This document shows, piece by piece, positions 25,490-36,800 of a DNA stretch of 64,000 nt (positions within the stretch are counted from its first letter, which is position 1; each line of letters opens with the position of its first letter). Origin of the DNA: Scenedesmus sp. PABB004 (Eukaryota); the NCBI GenBank assembly GCA_014905635.1, contig JABVCE010000002.1, positions 186,001-250,000 on the forward strand, given 5' to 3'. The translations under genes and the position numbers were made by a program. The notes under the pieces were generated by a model, which worked only from the letters and a program-made list of their open reading frames with translations, ran no database searches and was not told the DNA's origin.

Positions 25490-25874
25490 GACCCCTGATC
25501 GGGCCGCGGCGGCGCGGGGCGGGCGGCGCGCGAGCAGCGGCGCGCCCGTGCGGGGCCGCTGAGACGCGCACGCGGGCTGGGCGGGCGTCGATCAGGCGCG
25601 CCGCGCGGCGGGTCCGACAATGGCCGCGCCTGCGGGGCGCTGGCGCCGCGTGCGGCGGCACAGCGCCGCAGCGACCGCTGGACCGCCGGCGCAGGCCGCA
25701 CCCGCGCGGCGCGGCCGCAGCGCTCGCTCGCAGCCGCCGGCCGCTCGCCACGCGTCAGCCGGGATCGGCCCCACTACCTTTTTACCCACTCGCCCACTCG
25801 CTGGCGACTAGTCAATGCCTCCGCATCCAGAGCTCGCGCGCCTGGTTTAGACTAGCGAGCGCCGCGCAACCCCA

Positions 25875-25965
25875 CCCGAGCCGTCCGGCTCACCGCTCGA
25901 ACCAACCTCCCGAGCCGTCCGGCTCACCGCCGCCACTCCACCCCCTGAACCGTCCGGCTCACCGC
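25875..25965 (-). repeat. Three 22-nt hairpin-forming repeats in the METE 3' UTR
   Basis: mRNA-sense GCGGUGAGCCGGACGG(C/U)UC at 25944-25965, 25909-25930 and 25875-25896, with a period of 34-35 nt. Confidence 0.85.
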
Positions 25966-25988
25966 CGCCCGCCGCCAGCCCCTCGCTC

Positions 25989-28900
25989 TCAGCGGCAGCA
26001 CACGCCGGCGCCGCAGCCGCCCGCGGGGACCAGGTTGTTGGCGGCCGGCTCGGCCGGCGGCGCCGCCGACACGCGCGCGCGCAGCACCGCCGCGGCGTCG
26101 ACCAGGTTGCGCAGCGCGGGGATGACCTCCTCCCAGCGCCGCGTCTTGAGCCCGCAGTCGGGGTTGACCCACAGGTGCTGCGGGCGGCCCGCGAGCACGC
26201 CGGAGTCGAGGAAGCCGGACAGGCGCTCGACGAGCCACCCGACCTCGGGCACCACGGGGCTGTGCACGTCGTACACGCCGGGGCCCAGGTCGCGGCCGTA
26301 GCGGGCGGCCGCGAGCGCGGAGACCATGGCGTCGCCGGAGCGGCTGTTTTCAATGGTGAGAACGTCGGCGTCCATCGCGTCCACCGCGGGCAGGATGTCC
26401 TCAAAGTCGCTGTAGCAGAGGTGCGTCACGACCTGCACGCCCGGCGCCGCGACGCCCGTGCACAGCCTGGCGGCGCAGGGCGGGGGCGGGCGGGGGCGGG
26501 CGGGGGCGGGCGGGGCGCGTGGTGCGCGCGCGCACGGGCGGTGAGGCCCACGCGTGCACCGCAGCCAGCCACAAAAGGCACGCAAGCACGAACAAACCAC
26601 GCACACACACACACACACACATATCTGAACAGCCACAGCCGCGGTGCGTTCCGGGATGGTCGCGCCTGCTGAGCGCCCGCGCCCCTGCCCCCGGCGCAGC
26701 TGCGCCGCCGCCACACCACCGACGCGCGCGCCGCCCGCACGGGCGGCGCGCGCGCAGCGCGTCAACACAGCAAGAGGCTCCAGGAGTCGAACCTGGTGGT
26801 CCCTGGGTGATCAGGGTGCCATGCCACATGGCCTAACCTCTCACAGTGGGTGGCGGCGGCGTGCCGGGCGCGCGCAGCGCTGAGCGCGTGCGCGCGCCCA
26901 GCAGCGCTGGCCGAGGGCGGCCAGCCAGGGGCCTGGTGGGGCGGCGGCGGCGCGGTGGTGCCGCCCCCGCCGCGTCCAGGCCCCCGGCTGGCCTCGGGTG
27001 CGGGGTGAGCTGCCCAGAGCGCGGCCCGGTCGCAGCAGCAGCGTGCGGCACACGCGCGACAGGCAGGCGGCAGCGCGCGAGCACGTGCCCACTCCTGCAC
27101 AAACGCGCAAGCCCAACCCCCCTGCCCCCCCCCTGCCCCGCCCGCACCTGAAGGCGTCCACCGCCCAGCCCAGGTAGCCCTCCCAGCGGTCGTGCTTGAG
27201 CGGCAGGCCCTCGCGCAGCGCGGGCTCGTCCACCTGCGGCCGCGTGGGCGGCCGTGAGCCGCGCGGCGGCCGTGGCCACGGGCCTGCCTGGCCTGGCCCG
27301 CCGCCGCCGGCTGGCTTGCCGCCGCCACCGCTGGGACACAGATGGCCAGCGCACTGACAGTCAACTGCACGCTGACACGTCACATCTGCGCACCTGGATG
27401 ATCTTGCACCCCGCACCCTGCAGCGCGTCGACCTCGCGCCGCAGCGCCGCCGCGAGCTGGGCCGCCTGCGCGGCGCGGCTGATGTCCTTGCGGGGGAAGC
27501 TCCAGTTGAGGATGGTCACCGGCCTGCGAGGCGGGGCGTGGCAAGAGAGAGGAGGTCCAGTGATGGCGCGCGCGTGCTGGCGGCCAGGGCTCCTGACCCT
27601 GTGCGCACGGGCAGCGAGGGCGGGGGCGGCCAGCCCGGTCGCCGCGTGCGCTCACCCGGTGAGCATGCCCTTGACCGGCTTCTTGGTGAGGCCCTGGGCG
27701 ACCTTGAACTCGCGCACCGTCATCGGCCCCGCCCATGCGACGTCGCCGGTGAGCAGCGGCGGGCGCACGTAGCGCGAGCCGTAGCTCTGCACCCAGCCGT
27801 GCAGCGTGAAGGCCAGGCCGGTCAGGCGCGCGCCAAAGTACTCCACCATGTCGGTGCGCTCCGACTCGCCGTGCACGAGCACGTCCAGCCCCAGCCCCTC
27901 CTGCACGCCGATCGCGTGCGCGACCGCGGCGTCCATCGACGCCTCGTACGCCGACGCGGTGATGTGCCCCGCGCGCAGCGCCGCGCGCAGGCGGCGGACC
28001 TGGCGCACGGCGTGGTGCGGCGCGGCGTGAGCGCGGGGGCGGGCGCGCATGCGGGCGCTCAGGGCGCGCGCGGACCAGCCACAAACGGCACGCAAGGACG
28101 AACAAACACAACACGCACACACACGCCTAAACAGCCGCAGCCGCGGTGCGCTCCGGGATGGTCGCGCCTGCTGAGCGCCCGCGCCCCTGCCCCCGGCGCA
28201 GCTGCGCCGCCGCCACACCACCGACGCGCGCGCCGCCCGTGCGGGCGGCGCGCGCGCAGCGCGTCAACACAGCAAGAGGCTCCAGGAGTCGAACCTGGTG
28301 GTCCCTGGGTGATCAGGGTGCCATGCCACATGGCCTAACCTCTCACAGTGGGTGGCGGCGGCGTGCCGGGCGCGCGCAGCGCTGAGCGCGTGCGCACGCC
28401 CAGCAGCGCTCGCCGAGGGCGGCCAGCCAGGGGCCTGGTAGGGCGGCGGTGGGTCCACCGCCACCTCCAGCCCCCGGCTGGCCTCGGGTGCGGGGTGAGC
28501 TGCCCAGAGCGCGGCCCGGTCGCAGCAGCGGCGTGCGGCACACGCGCGACAGGCATGCGGGGCGGCGCGCACGCACAAGCAAGCCCCCCCCCCTCGCCCG
28601 CGCGCTCGGGGCAGCGCCGCGCCGCCACACCACCAACACCAACCTCAGGCGTCTGCGGGAAGGAGCCGATGGTGGTCGTGGGGAAGGCGTGGAAGGCGAG
28701 CTGCTTGTCACGGCGCGACTCGTACGGCTCGGCGCGGCGCAGCAGCGCGGGATCGACGCCCGGCAGGCGCCCGCCCTCGGCGGCCGCGCCGTCGGGCGGC
28801 AGGCCCCACGCGCGCGCGGCGTCGGCGCCCGCGGGCGGCACACCGCCCGACGCGAGCGACGCCAGCGCGGCGAGCTTCTCCACCGCAAACGCGAGGCGCG

Positions 28901-30454
28901 GCAGGAGGTCGGCGGGCAGGTGCCCCGCCTCGGCGGCGGTCGTGTAGGGCAGGTGCTGCAGCGGCGCGGAGGGCTGCACGCTGATGGCCGTCACGCCGTG
29001 CGCGCCGGCGAGCTCCGCAAGCACCGCCGCCGCGGCGGGCAGGTCGTCCGCCCACACGCTGCGCCCATCGACGAGGCCCGCGCCGAGGCGCTTGCCCGCG
29101 GGGAAGCCGTGGCGCCGGATCAGCCCGAGCGTCGCGTTGCCGGCCGCCGCGCCGGGCGCGCCGCAAAAGTCGAGGCTGACCGCCGCCACGGGCAGCGCGA
29201 CCGCCCACTCGTAGGCGGGGCCGAGGTCGTCGTAATAGGTGACCAGGTCGATGGGCAGGCCCACGGCAGAGAGCGCGGCGTACGCCGTCTCATACTCGGC
29301 CCGCGCGGCGGCGCCGGCGTCGGTCGCGAGCGCGGGCTCGTGCAGCTGCACCTCGGGCGCGCCGAGGCCCTGCAGCGCGCGCAGGAGCTGGCCGTACGCC
29401 GGCAGCAGGCGCTCCACCGCGTCGCCCAGGCCCAGCCCCGGCGCGCGGCGCGCGAGCAGGGCGTAGGTGACGGGGCCTATCAGGATCGGCACCGCCGCGT
29501 CGCGGCCAATCGCCGCCTGGGCGCGGGAGACCTTGTCCAGCAGGGTCTCGAAGCACGGCGCCGTCACCGCAAAGTCGGCGGCGAGCTCGGGCACCTGCAA
29601 GGGCGGGGGGGGGGGGGCAGGGCGGCGGGCGGGCGCCGGGTCAGCGAGGGGCGGCGTGGAGCGGCGAGCGCGCACGCGCGCGCGCGCGCGGCCGGGCGGC
29701 CGGGCGGCCGACCAGGCAGGCCCGGGCGCGGGCAGCGCGCGCGGAGCACGCGGTGGGCACGGGCGCACCAGGAAGTGGTAGTTGGTGTCGAAGAACTTGG
29801 ACATGTCGAGCGCGGCCGCGCCGCCGGCGCCGCGGGCCATCGCAAAGTAGAGCTCGAGGCCGGACAGGCCCGCGAAGCGCGGCGGCGCGAGGCCGAGCGC
29901 AAAGGTGACGTCCAGGACCTGGTCGTAGAGCGTGCCGTCGACGCCCACCCGCGTCACGCCCCCGCCCGCCTGCGCGCGCCAGTCGGCGGCCTGCACGGCG
30001 TGCGCGACGTCGAGCAGCTGGGGCGCCGTGAGCTTGCCCGCCCAGTGGGCCTCCAGGGCGGCCTTCATCTCGCGCTTGGGGCCGATGCGCGGGAAGCCTG
30101 CGGTGCGGCGGGGCGGGCGGCGGCTTGGTCGGGCCGGAGGGAGCGCGCGCGCGCGCGGGGCAGCTGGTGCGTGGCAGCTCCGCGACGCGCGCGCGCGCGC
30201 GCAGAGATCGCGCGGGGGCTGTTAAAGCTGTGTGGCAGCTCCACGGCGCGCGAGCGCGGCGCCGCGCGGCGCGTCGGCAGCGCGCGCCCGGGGCGCGATC
30301 GCAGCCCGGCATGCGCCGCAGGCGCGCGCGCAGGCTGCGCCGGCACGGCGGCGTGGCGCTGACGCGATTCGCTTCAGGTTGCGCCGCGCCATCGCGCAGT
30401 GCGGGGGCGGGGGCGGCGGCTCTCACCAAACGTCGCGGACGACAGGGTGGCCAT
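25989..30454 (-). CDS. METE: Cobalamin-independent methionine synthase, 7 exons
   Basis: [90 protein letters not shown], Zn ligands THLCYS..E and [11 protein letters not shown]. Confidence 0.97.
26565..27065 (-). repeat. Intronic ~500-bp module, copy A (METE intron 6, 26467-27147)
   Basis: Near-identical to 28075-28555 (offset 1502 in the core). Confidence 0.92.
26772..26842 (-). ncRNA. tRNA-like cloverleaf element, copy A
   Basis: GAGAGGUU-AG-GCCA(UGUGGCA)UGGC-A-CCCUG(AUCACC)CAGGG-ACCA-CCAGG(UUCGACU)CCUGG-AGCCUCUU. All four stems pair and the T-loop/B-box is canonical, but the anticodon loop is 6 nt. Confidence 0.8.
28075..28555 (-). repeat. Intronic ~500-bp module, copy B (METE intron 3, 28000-28643)
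   Basis: Near-identical to 26565-27065. Confidence 0.92.
28274..28344 (-). ncRNA. tRNA-like cloverleaf element, copy B
   Basis: Identical 71-nt sequence to copy A. Confidence 0.8.
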
Positions 30455-30828
30455 GGCGCCGCGCGTGTGGGAAGGCTGGGGCGCTGGGGCTGCGCGAAGA
30501 GATGGGTGGAAAGGAGGCGGTCGGAAATGGCTGGCCCGGGCGGGCGGGCGGCCTTTACGGGCGCCGGGCGGGAGGCGCGCGGGTTGTGCGCGAGGTTTTG
30601 GAACCACCCGAACTGCTCTTTTTTGAGCGCGCCCTGACACCGCCAGCCGGCAGGACATCGCACACAAGCGTCTCAGGTCGCGGGAGCGCGGGCGATCCCT
30701 GGCGCGCCGCCGCGGCGCCGGCGGCGCAGCTGCGCAGGGGTGACGTGCGGTCACCGGCGAGGACCAACCGCGCGCGGCGCCCTGAGCCGCCTGGCTCAGG
30801 CAGGCGCGCCGCCGGCACAGGGCGGCGC

Positions 30829-33800
30829 TCAGCCCAGCTCCGGCCAGCCCCGCGCCGCGCCGCCGGGCGTCTCCGCCGGCGCGGCGCCGCCGTCCGCGGC
30901 GGTGGCCGCGTCGAGCGCCACCGGCGCGCGGCTGAACGGCGCGACGCCGTGCTCCAGCACCGCCTGCGCGTGGGGCAGGCGGGTCAGCGGCGGCGGCGCT
31001 AGGCACGCAGCGTGCGCGCGGGAGCTGCGCCACGCACCATCTCGTACTCCTCCGCCTCGAAAAAGTGCCCGCACGGCCCCACCACCACGGGCGTGTCGCC
31101 GTCGAGCAGGCGAAACCACTGCGCCGGCAGCGCGTCCCCGGGCCAGCGCCGCACGAGCACCTCGGCGGGGCGCAGCCGCCGCAGCGCGGCGCGGCCCAGC
31201 CGGATGGGCGCGTGCGGCACCGCGGCCTGTGCGGCGGCGCGGCACGGCGGGGTGGGGCGCCGCCGCGCGGCGCTCGGCGCTCGGCGCGGGCGGCCGTGCG
31301 TGGCGCGGGCGCCGCAAGCGCCGCCCCGCGCGCCTGCGCTGCGAACGAGTCCTCCAGCATGCCGCGGCCGGCGTCGTCGTCGTCGAGCCGCAGCACGTTT
31401 GCGCCGCCCGGCTCGCCGCCACCGAGCTCGGCGCCGCGGCCACCGGCTGCGCCTGCAGCCGCGCCGAGCGCGTCCTCGCCCAGCAGCGCGAGCGCCTCGT
31501 TGTCGCTCAGTCCCGGCTCGAGCTCAAACTCGACCAGCGGCAGCGCCTCGTACGTGATGAAGCTGCGCAGGAAGGGCGCGCCGCAGCTCGCACAAAAGTC
31601 GCCCTGCGCGCGCGCGGGCGGGCGGCGCCGCGGTCGGCGGCGCCGCGGCGCGCCCGGCCCGCGCCGTGCCCGGCCCGCGCCGTGCCCGGCCCGGCCACGC
31701 CGGCGCGCGCGCCTGCGTGTTGAGCAGCGCGTTGGTGGCCTGGCAGCGGTAGCAGATGGGCTGCAGCTCCTCCGCGTCCCTGAAGGGCTCCGCGCGCAGC
31801 ATGAGGCTGGCGAGCTCCACCTCGGCCGCGAGCGCCGGCGGCAGCGCAAGGCCCTGCGCGCGGCGCGGCGGCGGGCGCAGGCCGGCGCGCGGCTCAGGGG
31901 CACCGTCGCAGCGGCCGGCGCAGCGGGCGGGCGCGCGCGCGCGCGCGCGTCAGCCGCCCACCTGCAGCCTGCCGTACGCGTAGCGCGCGAGCTTGAACGC
32001 GCCGCACGCGCGCGCCTGCGCGCCGAGCGCGAGCAGCGCCTCGGACAGCGCGACGCCGGGCGGCGGGTCGCGCCCCTGGCAGCGCATCAGCAGGAAGCGC
32101 GCCGCGTTGAAGAGCGTCGCGCCGTCCACGCTGCGGAAGGGCGTGTGCGCGGCGGCGTGCACGAGCGCGTGCGCGGCGTAGAGCTCCGCGGCATTGTAGT
32201 GGGCGCCAAACGCCGCGAGCGCCGCGGCGTCGCCGTCGCCGTCCTGCGCCCCAGGCGGGCCCCGCACGCCGCGCAGCGCCGCGACCGCGAGCTGCAAGTG
32301 CCCGTGCGCCGCGTCGGCGAAGCGCCGCTCCGCGACCGCGCACTCGGCGAGCTGCCGCAGGATGGCCAGCGCGCGGTCGGGGAAGCCGCCGCGCGAGTAC
32401 GCCGCGACCGCCTCGGCAAACCTGGGTGCGCGCCGGCGGGCGCGGCGGGCGCGCTCAGCGCCGCGGGCGCACGGGGGAGCGGTGCCGCGGGCCGCCCGGC
32501 CGCCCGCGCCTGCGCTCGCAACGCACGGCGCGCGCCGTGCGCGTGCACGCGCCTGTCCTGCGAGAGCAGCCAGCGCGCGTACGGCGCGTACACGGTGCCG
32601 CGCAGCTCCTCGTGCCCTGCAAGCAGCAGGAAGGCGTCGTCCCAGCGCCCCGCGTCGACGAGGAGCGAGAGCAGCCCCGGCACGTCGCCCAGCTTCAGCA
32701 GGCCCTCCTTGGCGGCGTCGGTCTTGCCTGCCGGCGCGCCCGGGGCGTGTGGGAGGAGCGCGCTGCACGGACGCGCCCCGCGGCGGGGCTCCGGCGCGGC
32801 CGAGGCCCGGGCAGCAAGGGTGGCGGCGGCGCCGCGCGTGCCCGTGTCGCGCACCGGCGCGCCGGAAGGCGGCAGTCGCGGCGGCGATGGCGCTCGCGTC
32901 GGCGCCGCGGTCGAGGGAGCGCATGAGCCCGAGCAGCCGCTCCCACCAGCCGTGCTTCGCCAGCAGCGCGATGGCGCGGTCAAACCTCCGGGCCTGAGGA
33001 GGAGGAAGGGGTGGCGGCGGCGGCGCTCGGCGCGACACAGGCGGGCACGCGGCCTGGCAGCGAGCCCGCGCGCCCCTGCTGCGCCGGCGCCGGCGCGGCT
33101 CGGCAGCTCGCTCCAACCGCGGTGCCCGACCTTGATGTACATCTCCGCCGCGGCCTCGTAGTTGGCCGTCTCCTCGCTCCACTCCGCCTGGCGGCCGACG
33201 AGCTCCGCGACGACCGCTCCGCCGGCGCCGCCGGGCCCGCCGCTCGCGGCGACCTCGGCCCAGTGCTTGGCCTCGTCGTACATGCGCATGCTGGTGAACA
33301 TCTCCACCGCCTGCCGCGCAGGGCACAGGTGGAGTCGGTGCGGCGCGGCGTGGGCAGCGGGCAGAGCGCGGCGGGCGGGGCGGGGCTGGCCCCCGCTCCC
33401 CTGCCCCCACTGCCCCCGCACCTTGTCGAGGCGGCCCTCCGCGACCAGCAGCTTGGCGGCGGCGTCAAAGTTGCCCTGCCACGCCGCGACGTCCGCGAGC
33501 AGCAGGCCCCGCGCCGTGCCCGCGTCGCGCCCCGCGCCGACGCGGTTGACCAGCTCCACCGCGCGCACGTCGCGCACGCGCACAAACGCGGCGCGCGCGA
33601 CGTCCAGCTCCAGCACCTGTCCCGGCCGCGGCCGCGGCGCGTCAGGCGGGTCGCTGCGGCAGCAGCTGCGCGGCGCGGGGCGGGAGCAGCCTCGCGGGGC
33701 GGCAGCAGCCGCACGGGGCGGCGGCGCACCTGCAGCGCGGCGAGCGCGAGCGCGCGCCAGTCGGCCTCGGTGACGCCGAGGCAGGCGACCGCGTACGCGG

Positions 33801-36800
33801 ACGCGACGTCGTCGCGCTCCAGGTAGCGCGCCATGCTGCTGCTCTGGGGGACGTCGATCGTGGCGACGCTGACCGACTGGAGGCAGAACACCTTGCAGCC
33901 CTGCGGCGGCGCCGCGCGGGGCCTTTGAGCGCGGCGGCGCGCGCCCAGCCTCGGGCGCGCCCGCTGCGCCGCCGCACTCCCCCCCCCTCCCCGCGCGCCG
34001 CGCCTTGAAGCCGACCACGAAGCCCTGCATCTTCTGGGCGTGCAGCGGGAAGTCGCCGGTCTTGATGACGAGCTGCCCGTTGCCGCTGAAGCAGAGCATG
34101 TCCTCAAAGTGGCTGTTCCACGCCACGCTGTTGGCGCCCTTCTCCTCAAACAGCACCTCCTGCGAGGAGACGCGAGCGGCGGCGGAGGCGCGAGCGCCCG
34201 GCGTCGTCGAGCGGCGGCGCTGGCTGCGTGGCGCCCCACGCCGGCCGGGCTGCGCGCCGTGGTGCCCCAGGTCAGCGCCGCCGCCGGGCCGCGCCTTGGT
34301 GTGCAGGTCGTACACGACCACGCTGTTGGTGTCGTCCACGAGCGCGAGCTTGCGCCGGCTGCTGCTCAGGTCCAGGCACCTGCGCGCGCGCGCCGGCAGA
34401 GCACGCGCTGTGTGCTGCCGCGCTGCGCCCAGCCGCCCGCGTGCCTCGCTGGGGCGCCGCTGGTTCGCCTGCGCGCGCACCGTATGCTCGAGCCGTGCTG
34501 TATCAGCGGGATGGGGAAGGCGTTGTCCACGTAGAGCTTGAGCACCGCGCCGCTCTTCAGCCCCACCAGCAGGCCCTCGTGCCCCGGCGGCCCGCCCGCG
34601 ACCTTGATGTAGCGCACCACCGCGTCCATCACCCACTGCCGCACGAGCGCGCCCTCAAAGCTGTACAGCTGCAGCAGCTTGTCCTGCGACCGGCGGCCGG
34701 GCGCGCGCGGCCGTCGGCCCGCGGCGTCAGGGCCGCCGGGCGGGGGCCAGGCGGCGCCACTGCGCGCGAGAACGTGGCGGCAGCGCGCGCGCGCACCTGG
34801 CAGAGCAGCAGGTGGCTGCTCGCGATGACCAGGAGGTTGCAGTCGAGCTTGCGCGTGATCTTGGCGGCGCTGCGGTACTGCATGTCCAGCTCGTCGGCGC
34901 TCGGGTCGAGCTTGTACAGCACCACGCGCGACGGCAGCTGCACCGCGACGCGGTCCTTGTACACGGCGACCTTCTTCACGTAGTCCCTGTGCGCAGCCGC
35001 CGCCACGGCGAGCCGCGGCCGGCCGGGCGCTCGACGGCGCCCGTCCCACCCCACGCGCCCGCCCCGCCGCGCTGCGCGCAGCGCGCAGCACGGCGGTGTC
35101 GGCGCGGGGCGGCGCCCCTCGGGCGGCGGCGGCGCACCTGCACTTGATGCGGACCTTTTGCTCGGTGATGAGGTGCTGTATGATGACGTCGCTCATCGCG
35201 TCGCGGTACGCGTAGCGCTCGCCGTACAGGCCGTGCACCGTGGCAAACGACAGCGACAGCACCGCAACGCTCCCGTCCTCGCACCCCACCGCGACGCAGT
35301 TGGCGCGCGGCCGCGGGCGCACGACCCAGGCCCACGACTCGCGCGCCGCGACCTGGGTGAGGTAGATGCCCTCGCGCGTGAGCAGGTGCACGCACCTGCG
35401 CGGCCGGTCGCGCGGGCGGCGGGCGGGCGGCGGCTGGGCGGGGCCGCGGACGCGGCGGCGGCGGACACGCGCCGCCGCCGGCGTCTCCTACTGGCCCGCA
35501 GCGCCGCGCACGGCCGCCGGCCCCGACCCCGGCCCCGGCTCCGGCCCGCGGGCGCCGAGCGCACTTGTCTGAGCCGCCCGCGAGCAGGTAGTCGTCGCCG
35601 AAGAAGGCCAGGCTCAGCGGGTCGCCGTCGAGGGACCGCTCCTTGAGCTTGGGCTGCCCCGTGGCGCTAAAGAACTTGAGCTGCCCGTCCAGGCAGCCCA
35701 CCGCCAGCAGGGCCTGGTCCTGTGGGCCAGCGGGCGCGCGCCGGCGGGGCGCGCTCGGCGGGGCGCCGCCGCCAGGGGCGGCACGCCGCGGCGCGCGCGC
35801 GCGCCGGCCGCAGCGCCGCCGCGCCTGCGGGCTCCACGCGACGCTCCACACGGGGCTGCTGGCGGCGGTGAAGCGCTGCTTCTCGCCGCCGGCCTTGTCC
35901 CGCAGGCTCACGCTGCCGTCAAAGAGCCCCAGCGCCAGCAGCGCGCCATCGCCGGTCCAGGCCATGCACACCACCTTGGCGGGCACCTGCGCGCGCGGTC
36001 GTGGCGGAGGCGTCGGCGCGGGGCTGCCGCAACCCCTGGCGCACGGCGAGCGCGTGCGGCCAGCAGCGAGCGGGGCGCGCGCCTTGTGCTTGGCGACCGA
36101 CTTTGCCTCCGGCGACCACAGCCCAAAGTCGGCCGCGGTGCCGCTCGCGAGCTGCTGCGTGACGGGGTTGTAGGCGAGGCACTGGATGGAGTCGTTGTGC
36201 GTGTACTTCAGGATGCCCTCCGCCTGCGCAGCAGCAGCCCCGCGGCGGCGCGCGCCGCGGCGTCGGCGCTTGCGGGCGCGCGCAAGATGCGGCGCCGGGC
36301 AGCCGGCACCACGCCGCGCGCCCCCGCGCCGCCGCACGCCTTGCTGGTCCAGATGATGACCGTCTTGTCGGCGCCGCCCGACGCAAAGCGCTTGCCGTTG
36401 GCGGCATAGGCCACCGCGTACACCGCGCCCTGCGTGGCAGGCGTGCCGCGCGTCGGCGCAAGCGCCTCGCCGCAGCGCTGCTAGCACGCCGCCGGCACGC
36501 GGGGGCGGCGGCGCGCAGGCCCCCGCCGCCCTTCTGCGCGCCCGCCGCCGGCGCGCCTTGTGACCCTTGAGCACGTGCAGCAGCTCGCCGTCGGCGGCGT
36601 CGTAGATCAGCACGCGCGCGCCCACGCCCGCCACCAGCTGCGTGCCATCTGCCGGCCGGCGGCGGGGTGCGCTGCGCAGTCAGCCGGCGCGCGCCGCGCG
36701 CACCTCCCGCCCGCCCGCCCGCCCGCCTGCCCGCCGCGCACCCGGCCTGAAGCAGAGGTCGTAGCACACGTTGCGGACGCCGTCCTTCTCGGGCTGGGGG

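Noticed and set aside
25875..25965. CRISPR-like array
   Set aside because: Only three units with 12-13 nt spacers, in a eukaryotic 3' UTR with no cas genes.
26772..26842. tRNA-Sec/UGA suppressor (UCA in the loop) or functional tRNA-Val(CAC)
   Set aside because: There is no long variable arm or Sec acceptor/T geometry, the loop is 6 nt without a purine at 37, and no Pol III terminator follows.
26467..28643. Cobalamin riboswitch in the METE introns
   Set aside because: No recognisable B12-box consensus set (GGGAA, GCCACUG, AGYCRGRAGACC) in the expected order.
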